Below are positions 1 to 8,416 of a stretch of 64,000 bases of DNA, one piece after another. The notes under the pieces were generated by a model, which did not search any database, was not told the DNA's origin, and saw only the letters and a list, made by a program, of their open reading frames with translations. Positions within the stretch are counted from its first letter, which is position 1; each line of letters begins with the position of its first letter. Origin of the DNA: Andalucia godoyi And28 (Eukaryota; Protista; Jakobida); contig VRVR01000005.1 in assembly GCA_009859145.1 (NCBI GenBank), positions 444,848 to 508,847 on the forward strand, read 5' to 3'. The position numbers and the translations under genes are program-made.

Positions 1-357
1 TCGGGATGCTTGGAGCTTGGTTCGTACTCTCTGAATTCCAAAGGCCTTGAATGGGGCAAGAGTGTCAGAGATATTCGCGAAGTTTCTGGGTTTTCCAAGC
101 TCATGTTCTCCCGTCCAACGCTGTTGCTCTCGGATAATATTTCAGGGTTTTTTGCGGTGCCGACGCTTGACACTTGGAATTACAATTTTATGGGCATTCG
201 TCACGCAGATGCAGCTGCGTCGTATGAATTGAAAGTCGGTTTGCCCCTAGACTTTTTCCACCAGTCTCATCGCCCAATGCATTTCTTGGGTTTTGTTGGG
301 CAAAATACAGCTACGGAAGAAGACCTTGCAGATCTCATGGCGTACATCACTGTTTAA
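1..357 (+). CDS. PRP8: Pre-mRNA splicing factor Prp8, C-terminal end (partial; gene starts left of the window)
   Basis: LLSDNISGFFAVPTLDTWNYNFMGIRH...FFHQSHRPMHFLGF matches the Prp8 C-terminal (PROCT) signature LLSDRFLGFF..P....WNYNFMGVRH...EFYHE.HRP.HFL.F; frame is open to the window edge. Confidence 0.93.
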   Translation, partial: SGCLELGSYSLNSKGLEWGKSVRDIREVSGFSKLMFSRPTLLLSDNISGFFAVPTLDTWNYNFMGIRHADAAASYELKVGLPLDFFHQSHRPMHFLGFVGQNTATEEDLADLMAYITV

Positions 358-440
358 CGTGTTTGCCGTAACGTCCGCCTTCCCTTTTTTCCTCTTTTTT
401 TTTCTGGTTCCTTTTTCGGATTTATAAAACAGTACCGCAT

Positions 441-1937
441 TCACCCTTCCTTCTCAGCATTGCCTTCTCTGTCATTTCTGCCTCTATCACTACTGCTGAT
501 GTCATTGACACTGCTATTCTGTGTTTCTCGACTGGACGCTGCTGCCTGTGCCAACGTTTGGCTTATTAACGCTTCATCATTCGAATTCCTCATTAACTCG
601 TCTTCTCCCTCCTCCTCGCGGTCTTCAACGGGAAAGAACACCGTCCCGTCTTCTACAATGCTACGAAATACACTTTCAACAACGCGGACCTGGTCATCGT
701 ACAGGAACCAAGACGTTGCACACGGTACCTGCAGTACGGACTCCGCAGGAAACACGGATGTTGGGAACGTGGAAATCTGCGTTCCGCTCGACATCAGAAC
801 ACCGTCGGAGTCGAAATCCATCGTCGCGGGGGCGAAATACCGCAGCATCGTCAGCACGATGTCCTGAGAGAATTTCGGGTCCTGCGACACAAAATGGAGG
901 TTGTACTTTGAAGATGGACACATCTCTAGCGAATCGTCGGATTGCAAAATATACACGGCGCCTTCAAGGCCATATGTCTCTCCGTCGACGCTCGCCACGG
1001 CGTAGTTTCCACGCTCGAGGCCTGTGATGATGGGAAATGAAGAAATGCAGCAAATCGCCTTGGACTTTGTGGACACCGGAAACGAAATGGCCTTTTTGAA
1101 GCACACCGAGACACCTTCGCCGTACCGTGGCACGACATGGGCCTTGAATGTATCTTCGCGACCAGCATCCGTGTTCGCAGTGGCACTCTCAATGATGCAG
1201 TCCAAGATGTAGACGGCCCCGTGGACAGCAGCAGTGCGGCAAAATGCTTGCGGAATTTCTGCGGATCCAAAGAACGGATACAGCATTGGGTTCGGAGCAT
1301 AGACACCGCACGATGCCACCAACCAGTTCCATCGACTCCTGAACGTTTCCAAGGAGCAGCTTGCCTCCGTTTCTTCGAATAGCATAAACCGGAGCACCAT
1401 TCTCCGAATCTTCGCATTCAGCTTGTGCTCATCCATTAGTGCAGAAACCGAGAACATCTCTCGATCCTCGGTGCCCGTCGCGATCTCTTGGCACGCTTGG
1501 AAAAACCTCATGATGCTGCGTTTCTCGAGCGGCGATAAGCTACTAGTGGAAAACACTTCCGATCGAGAAAGGGGAACTTGCAGCCACGCCTTGGACGAGG
1601 ACGAGGACGAGGACGACGATGACTCGTTCTCCCACAAATAGAACCCAACAGGATCTCGAAAGTCGACGTACTTGCCGATTCTGGACCGAACAAGCAGATC
1701 GACAAGCGGTCCACCTGCATACAAAAGTATTGGAAGATTGTCGTACAGACTCTTTGGAACAATTCTCTCCCGTTCTCCATCCAAGCGCGTAAACGAGTGC
1801 GTCGCGCTGCTTCCTCCGTAAAAGTCTGCGCAGTCCACGTGAACAACCCTCTTCCCAGCGCGAGAAAGCGCCGCAGCTAGGATGGACTCCGCGAGACCCG
1901 TCCCACATATCAGAAAATCCGCTTCAATGCACTCCAT
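441..1937 (-). CDS. Rab escort protein (REP/CHM, GDI family)
   Basis: N-terminal DFLICGTGLAESILAAALSRAGKRVVHVD...FYGG and later LYPFFGSAEIPQAFCRTAAVHGAVYIL are GDI/REP motifs; acidic C-terminal tail; start set at MECIEAD (ATG 1937). Confidence 0.85.
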   Translation of the reverse strand: MECIEADFLICGTGLAESILAAALSRAGKRVVHVDCADFYGGSSATHSFTRLDGERERIVPKSLYDNLPILLYAGGPLVDLLVRSRIGKYVDFRDPVGFYLWENESSSSSSSSSSKAWLQVPLSRSEVFSTSSLSPLEKRSIMRFFQACQEIATGTEDREMFSVSALMDEHKLNAKIRRMVLRFMLFEETEASCSLETFRSRWNWLVASCGVYAPNPMLYPFFGSAEIPQAFCRTAAVHGAVYILDCIIESATANTDAGREDTFKAHVVPRYGEGVSVCFKKAISFPVSTKSKAICCISSFPIITGLERGNYAVASVDGETYGLEGAVYILQSDDSLEMCPSSKYNLHFVSQDPKFSQDIVLTMLRYFAPATMDFDSDGVLMSSGTQISTFPTSVFPAESVLQVPCATSWFLYDDQVRVVESVFRSIVEDGTVFFPVEDREEEGEDELMRNSNDEALISQTLAQAAASSRETQNSSVNDISSSDRGRNDREGNAEKEG

Positions 1938-2287
1938 TGCTTGTTCCTTTTCTCTTTCCAACCCCCTACACAGCGCAGCTTGCCACTGCAAAATATTGAG
2001 CGAGGCAACACAGTGAAAAAATGAAACACGAAGAACTAAAAAATAAAGACATAAACAGATAAAGAATTAAAAGATGGAAGAAAAACACACGCGATAAGCA
2101 AATACTGGATCCTTCGCCAGACGATTCGGAATCGACGCAGAATAGGTGATGCAGAACGGATGTAGTTGCCAGCTTGGTATCGTCGTCTCTGTTGATGGGG
2201 ACCATGCGCGAATGGGAGCCGCGCGTGATGGGTTGTTGGCGCCTGGGATGGGTCATGGAGTACAATCAACGGGTGAGAGAGAAGGAG

Positions 2288-2291
<4 letters not shown>

Positions 2292-2347
<56 letters not shown>
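2292..2347. repeat. (GA)n microsatellite
   Basis: Uninterrupted AG dinucleotide run. Confidence 0.98.
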
Positions 2348-2349
<2 letters not shown>

Positions 2350-2388
2350 TTTAAGATTACAATATGAAAAAAGAGATGCTGATATCAA

Positions 2389-5300
2389 TTAGGCTTTGGA
2401 CAAAACGGACTGCAGATTCTCCTGTTCCTCTGATGTCAGCTTGCTGAATTCTCGATGCAGCACATCTGCAGGAACCTGAGTTTGCATGCTCTTCAAGATT
2501 TGGCCAATCTTTTCCTGTGTTCCTTCCGTGATGAGCGACGACTCCACAATTCCGCCAAAGATCTTGATGAGCCGACCGATGTCTTTTGAGAGAGCGGTGT
2601 TGCCTGCTACGATCTGGTCGACAAAGAAGCCGTGCACAATGCGGCTCTCTTCATCGTCGCCTCCTACTGGGAGAAAAGACATCCAGAAGCCCCACGACTG
2701 TTCGCTGACAAGCTCGGGATGCGCACCGCCAAAAGTCTTCATGAATTTCTGCAGGGCAGAGACAGCATTGCAGCACACCGCTTCCCAGTCCTCAGACTTC
2801 TTCTTGTTTGCGGATTGCGACAAGAATGTCGTAAGAGTGTTCACACACTGAGAGAACAAGGGGGAGGACGGGAAACTGGCCGGGCTATGTTCGGCAAGAG
2901 CGCCGATTCCATAAACACCGGCCTGGGCGACTTCGGCGTTGTTGAAGGACACGGCAGTTAACAGGATTTGAGCCAGCTTCGGGAACATTTCTGAATTCTC
3001 GAGCGCACCCTTCTCTACCAGATCGACAACAAAGCAGGTTCCCAGACGGACATCAAACGGCTCCTTGCTCGAAAGCGCAGTCTGAAATGCTGGCCAGAAA
3101 ACAGCCATGATGCCCGGCATTGCCAACGCATTGTTCGTCTTCATCATCACTGCAAGAAAATCTTCAATCTCGCCGGCGACGGATTCCAGGCTGTCGCGCT
3201 CTTCATTTTGGCGCACGGTGTCCTCATCGTCCTGCACCTGGGCGTGGGAATGCTTCTTGTGCTTCTTTGCGAAACTGGCAGCCAGCTTCTTCTTGTTCTC
3301 CAACGCATCCTTGAGCATGTCTGCACACGCTGCAAGGAAGGAAGTGATCAACTCCACATCCGCGCAACCTTCGCCGGCGAACGACATGCATTCGTGCAAA
3401 CACGCAATGCAGACCGCAGCAGAATGCGCCTCTACTTCGACCTGCATGGCTGCGAGCAGCTGAGGAGCGAACATCTTGAACAATTCCTGCGAGTGCTGCC
3501 GAGTTGTCAGGGGCGGACTCACTTCGATTCCCTCATTCAAGCACCGAATCAACAACGGAGCCAATTGCCAGGCACTGATGCGAACCTCCTCGGAAAACGG
3601 GAACATAAAGTGCTCAAAGATGACTTGAGACAGCTCCTTCACGTACGGGAGGAACGCCAGGGGTAGATCAGAAGCATAAGCAACCAGTGTGTTGAACGCC
3701 GCGGTCTTTTCCTGCAGAATGGCCGTGTTCAACGTCAAACGCTTCTCGCCCAGGCCCTTCACGGGCAACGAGATCAGCTCGCTTTCTTCACCACGCCGCA
3801 TGTTTCTCAAAAGAGTGTCCACATTTGCAGCGGCATCATCGTCGACCGCAGACTGAAGACCCTCGGCCTTCTTTGCTGCTTGCGCAATCAGCGGTGGAAC
3901 GACAGCTGGAATGTACGGAGCGAAATCGTTGCCAAGGCATTTTGCGATCCGAACCCACGCTGTCTGCAGATAGGCAATTTGAGGATCGTCGGTTTCCAAC
4001 TTGGACGACTGGGTGGAGAACATGATCTGCATAATCTCCAGGGCGTCTTTCGCAAACTGTTCCTTTCCAACAGACAATCCAATCAAAGAGGCAGCCTCGA
4101 TCGCCTTTCCACGAAGAGTACGATACTCACGAGAAGTCGCAGTGTTCAATATTGTCTTCACAATAGGGATGAAGGTGTCGTAGTACTGCGTGAAGGATGT
4201 CTCGGACGCTTCCGCAATCGCGGAGATGGCGCTCAGAGATTCCGCTTGGACGTACTGGACGGGTCGGTGAAGCAGCTCAAACATCTTTGCAAGAAGATTG
4301 TGCAGATGTGGAGCGAGTGCTTTGGGCTGAAGGTGATCAACAAACAGAACCAATGCAGTGCACGTAAGGGCACAAACTCGAGGAGACGCATCGTCCAGCA
4401 ATGCAATCAAGGCTGGAAGGAGAGTCTTGTGGTGCTGTTTCTGGAAATTGGGTGCAAGATCATCGGAAAGCTGTGCGCAACAGTGGACTGCAGCGTGTCG
4501 AACACGTTCATGGGTGTCGTGGAATGAATGCAGCAAGAACTTGACAAGAGTATCGACATGGCTAACCAGGGATCTCGCGCAGCCCTCCGCAATGTGTGCG
4601 AGCGCGAACAAACCTGCGGCTCGGACTCGCCAATCTGGATTCGACACATTCTGTTGCAGATATGTCAAAACGGTCTCCAGAATCTGCTTGCCCCCCACGG
4701 ACATTGCAATCTGGTCAAATACACCCAGAGCAAAATCGTGCTCGGGATTCAAGTCCGAGTCTTCAACGTCCGTAACTTGCCACTTCGTCGAATCATGTTC
4801 CTCGATATTGACGAGCATGTGAAACAGGATTTGAAGGAGCTGCCCGACAACCCTCGGGAGCTTTCGAATCGCGGATGCTTCTTCCTCGGCAAGATCCGCG
4901 ACCATCGAGATGGCCAACTTACGAATTGACCGCGGAATACTGTAATTTGACGCGATTTGCAGCATTGCCAAGCACACTGGCTCCAATTTTCCCGCAAAGA
5001 AAGCTGGCTGCTGAGTCGACAGATCAACCATAGCCGTCAGGACTCCGACCGACATGTCCTCGTCTCCCGCCACAAGCAGTTTTTCCAACAAACCGAGGAC
5101 GACGGGCAAGAAGAACTGAAGCTGTGTGATCAATTCATCTTCTTCCACGGACTTCACGATTGCCAAGGCTGCAATCGCCGCCTCCTTTGCAATTCCCATA
5201 AGCTCTGGCGCGGTTTCTTGGATACCAGCCTGGATCACAGGCACAAGCTGGGGCAAGAACGGCTTCAAACCGTCATTAAGCAGTACATCTGACAGCTGCT

Positions 5301-5775
5301 TCCAGAACAAGAGCGCACACTCCCGAACTGCAAGCGACCGACGATCGATCGAAGCTTGATGTTGCGCAGATTGCAGTGCATATGCAAACAGCTCGGGCCA
5401 CAACGACGGTGCTGCCGAAGGATCCTCCATATTCTGGATCATTGATCCTGCAAAAGACGACGCAGCGTCCGAGATTTTGCGCACAACAGACGGGTCTTGC
5501 TCTGCGACAAGACAAGACACGATCGTTGCCTGCAAATGCTGGCGCTCCTCAGGCGAGAGATGTGGAATAAGCCAAGTTTCGTCATTTCCGACTGCTTTTC
5601 TCAGCAGCACGGCGGCCATAGAGCGAATAGCAGAGTCTGGATTCGACTGAAGTGCAGTGCAAAGGCCGAAAAGGTACGGTACGGGTTGCTGGGCCTTGGC
5701 CGTCTCCAATTCTTCCGTCGCAGACCGGACTGTCGCTGGATCCAATGCTCGTTGCAGAGATGGTGCCAGATCCAT
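2389..5775 (-). CDS. IPO5: Importin-5 / karyopherin beta-3 family (HEAT repeats)
   Basis: 1128 aa helical repeat ORF; IRSMAAVLLRK, FDQIAMSVGGK, DWRVRAAGL..L..IAEGC, RTLRGKAIEAASLIGLSVGKEQF..DA..IMQ, DPQIAYLQTAW.RIAKCLG.DFAPY.P.V.PPL. Confidence 0.88.
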   Translation of the reverse strand: MDLAPSLQRALDPATVRSATEELETAKAQQPVPYLFGLCTALQSNPDSAIRSMAAVLLRKAVGNDETWLIPHLSPEERQHLQATIVSCLVAEQDPSVVRKISDAASSFAGSMIQNMEDPSAAPSLWPELFAYALQSAQHQASIDRRSLAVRECALLFWKQLSDVLLNDGLKPFLPQLVPVIQAGIQETAPELMGIAKEAAIAALAIVKSVEEDELITQLQFFLPVVLGLLEKLLVAGDEDMSVGVLTAMVDLSTQQPAFFAGKLEPVCLAMLQIASNYSIPRSIRKLAISMVADLAEEEASAIRKLPRVVGQLLQILFHMLVNIEEHDSTKWQVTDVEDSDLNPEHDFALGVFDQIAMSVGGKQILETVLTYLQQNVSNPDWRVRAAGLFALAHIAEGCARSLVSHVDTLVKFLLHSFHDTHERVRHAAVHCCAQLSDDLAPNFQKQHHKTLLPALIALLDDASPRVCALTCTALVLFVDHLQPKALAPHLHNLLAKMFELLHRPVQYVQAESLSAISAIAEASETSFTQYYDTFIPIVKTILNTATSREYRTLRGKAIEAASLIGLSVGKEQFAKDALEIMQIMFSTQSSKLETDDPQIAYLQTAWVRIAKCLGNDFAPYIPAVVPPLIAQAAKKAEGLQSAVDDDAAANVDTLLRNMRRGEESELISLPVKGLGEKRLTLNTAILQEKTAAFNTLVAYASDLPLAFLPYVKELSQVIFEHFMFPFSEEVRISAWQLAPLLIRCLNEGIEVSPPLTTRQHSQELFKMFAPQLLAAMQVEVEAHSAAVCIACLHECMSFAGEGCADVELITSFLAACADMLKDALENKKKLAASFAKKHKKHSHAQVQDDEDTVRQNEERDSLESVAGEIEDFLAVMMKTNNALAMPGIMAVFWPAFQTALSSKEPFDVRLGTCFVVDLVEKGALENSEMFPKLAQILLTAVSFNNAEVAQAGVYGIGALAEHSPASFPSSPLFSQCVNTLTTFLSQSANKKKSEDWEAVCCNAVSALQKFMKTFGGAHPELVSEQSWGFWMSFLPVGGDDEESRIVHGFFVDQIVAGNTALSKDIGRLIKIFGGIVESSLITEGTQEKIGQILKSMQTQVPADVLHREFSKLTSEEQENLQSVLSKA

Positions 5776-6167
5776 TTTCCTCTTGATTTACGACTACTGT
5801 AATATAAAATAATTATCGTATTCGTGTTCGATCAAATTGTGACAATAAAACTCGTCCAAGGAACGGAGCAGGAACACGAAAAAAGAAAATTAGTAATAAT
5901 GATAGTAAACAAACTCTAAAAAGATGGGAAAACGAAGAAGGAAACACGAGTCAAAACGAGATGAGAAATATGCGAGAAAGGTCGGATTGCTTCTTTGTGC
6001 TTTCCCAGGGTTTTCTTAAATAAGGGTCTTTTTGCGCGAAACCATTGGCGGGAATGGTCTTTTGAAAAATGTAGTCTCAAGCAGAGATAGGTTGATGCTA
6101 TTCGATACTTTTGCGAGAAGAAGCTTTTCCGTTTTCCGATTGGAGCGTTGTGTCGAGTCTGTTGACC

Positions 6168-6170
<3 letters not shown>

Positions 6171-6247
<77 letters not shown>

Positions 6248-6253
6248 TCTCTC
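6171..6253. repeat. (CT)n microsatellite
   Basis: CT run with one CC interruption, ending about 40 bp before ATG 6294. Confidence 0.98.
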
Positions 6254-6293
6254 AAAAATCTTCTTTTCTCCCGTGATTGAACATAGAAGGACA

Positions 6294-8066
6294 ATGCAAC
6301 CGAATCGATTTGCGGGTGGACACACGAGCAATCCACCTTCTTTCATGACGATTGCTTCGTTTCCATCTTCATCATCGTCATCATCGTCATCATCATCATT
6401 ACTGTCTTCACCGACCAGCGCATCCACTCTAGTATTACCATCAACATCATTTTCTTCTTCGTCTTCTTCTTCTTCGTCGTCTTCTTCTTCCAACGTGCCG
6501 CCGACAAGCCCGCGACTTCGTGAGCAGCTGGATTTGAGAAGGCATGTCGCGTCGCTGATTCGAAACAATGATTTGCTTTCTGCACGCAACGAGCTTCGTG
6601 TTTGTCGAGTAGCTGGTGAGAAACGAGCCCAAGTCGCGATCCGGGACCAGGCGCATGACCATTTGGCATTGTCACTTGTGTCGCTACTGCAAAATAGACT
6701 GCAGGATGCGAAATCGGAATTGATGGTTGCGTGGAATATGATCTCTGCACCACCCAGCGCTCCAATCCCGATCTTGAATGATGGCAATTCTGTGCATCTC
6801 AACAGCCATGTGCACAGGAACAACAACACCACCACCACCAACACCAACACCACCAATAACAATAACAATAGCAATAATAGCAGCGGTAACAGCAGCAACG
6901 TGCACTTGAACACGAATAATAGTTTCATCAATACAGGGAGTGGTGGAGACCATACGGCCGCTCGGTCTCCGCCGCGATTCAGCCAGCCGTATCCAACGGA
7001 TGGGTCGCCATCCGTGAACTCATTATTCGCCACAAGCGGAAGTGCTCGGCTGAACGCCATCCTGGCTTCTTCTCCAAGTTCACTAAGCAGTACGACCGCC
7101 ATCCAGCAGCTGCTGAAGAGCAATCCGGCCATTGTGCAGCTTATGACGAGGTCCACGCTCTTCTCGCGACACATGGACAAGGAAGTCCATTTGCCCGTCC
7201 ACGATACAGAGTTGTTTGTCAACATGTGCGTGATGTGCTGCTGGATCGCAGAACATGCAAAATTGGCGGTCGGATACAGACTCGATATGGCGGCCCGGTT
7301 AGTTTCGTCTTCTGAATTAATCTATGGAAAGGAACATCGATCTACTGTGTCTGCAAAATCATATCTTGCCGAGATTTTATTGAAACACCAGCACTACCTC
7401 CCAGCGCTGGAGCTCTTCTCCGAGGTTGCAGCCTCACGATTGCTGTTCCCAAAAGACAGTCCGCTGTTTATTTCGTCTCAAACCAACCTTGCTCTTTCAT
7501 TCTACTTGCTCGGGTGTGTGGAGGAAGCAATGGATGAGATCTGCGTGGTTCCGGTCCCCGATTACCAATCCGAGCCGGAGCTTGCTTGCCACCATTTACA
7601 TCTTCGTGCTCTGTTGTTCGAAGTATCCGGGAGTCATATGCGAGCGCTGGAGCACATCCGGCAGAGTTGCCAGGTTTTGCGGGTGTTTTCGTCGTTTGAT
7701 TCGCTGAGCGGCGCGCACGTACTGTTCACGGCTTCTAGGATCTTTGGATCTTTGGGGATGCTGGAAGATGCGTTTCGCTGCTTGATACGCAGTCTAGGTG
7801 TTTTTGAAAAGTCGCTTGGCCATTCCCATCCTTACACCGGCCTCGCGTATCTCTCTCTCGGAAAACTCTACATCAAATTTAAAGAGTTTGCAAAGGCATG
7901 TGTCTTGTTGGCGGCGGCCAGGGATATCTTGAGCGCGGCGGGCGAGCCGTACGACATTCATAATGCAGATGCTCGACGTGATCTCGCGGATTGCTGCAGC
8001 AAGTTGTCCTTCATGGATGAAGAGTATCTGGTTGACGAGCTGGTCATCGAGCCAACCTTTTCTTGA
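6294..8066 (+). CDS. TPR (kinesin-light-chain-like/TPR_12) repeat protein with S- and N-rich low-complexity regions
   Basis: Repeats such as IYGKEHRSTVSAKSYLAEIL and FEKSLGHSHPYTGLAYLSLGKLY; start set at MQPNRF after the CT tract. Confidence 0.7.
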   Translation: MQPNRFAGGHTSNPPSFMTIASFPSSSSSSSSSSSLLSSPTSASTLVLPSTSFSSSSSSSSSSSSSNVPPTSPRLREQLDLRRHVASLIRNNDLLSARNELRVCRVAGEKRAQVAIRDQAHDHLALSLVSLLQNRLQDAKSELMVAWNMISAPPSAPIPILNDGNSVHLNSHVHRNNNTTTTNTNTTNNNNNSNNSSGNSSNVHLNTNNSFINTGSGGDHTAARSPPRFSQPYPTDGSPSVNSLFATSGSARLNAILASSPSSLSSTTAIQQLLKSNPAIVQLMTRSTLFSRHMDKEVHLPVHDTELFVNMCVMCCWIAEHAKLAVGYRLDMAARLVSSSELIYGKEHRSTVSAKSYLAEILLKHQHYLPALELFSEVAASRLLFPKDSPLFISSQTNLALSFYLLGCVEEAMDEICVVPVPDYQSEPELACHHLHLRALLFEVSGSHMRALEHIRQSCQVLRVFSSFDSLSGAHVLFTASRIFGSLGMLEDAFRCLIRSLGVFEKSLGHSHPYTGLAYLSLGKLYIKFKEFAKACVLLAAARDILSAAGEPYDIHNADARRDLADCCSKLSFMDEEYLVDELVIEPTFS

Positions 8067-8416
8067 CTACTCCTTTTTTATTTTCTTTATTATTTTTCTT
8101 TATTATTTTTCTTTATTAATTTATTGGTTAATTTATTGTTTTAATTTATTATTTTTCCACTTCCTCTCTGGTCTGCTTTGTACTTATTCAAACTCGGTGT
8201 GTTGTAGCAGTAGACTTTCCGCTCGCATGTATCAATATGCATGTATAAAATTTCGACCTCTGCTGCGTGGCTGGCGGCTTGATGCTAACTAATTGTTTTG
8301 CTTTGCGCTGCTGTTTGATTTTGACACTGTTCTTTTTCATATATACATACATATATATATATATATCTGTCTTGTACTGTGTGCAGAGGACTACGCCCTT
8401 GTATGTGAACGCGTAG

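Noticed and set aside
6016-7225. Long ORFs with RERERE or LSLSLS runs and antisense ORFs over real genes, here and throughout the window
   Set aside because: Artefacts of (GA)n/(CT)n microsatellites and stop-poor antisense frames
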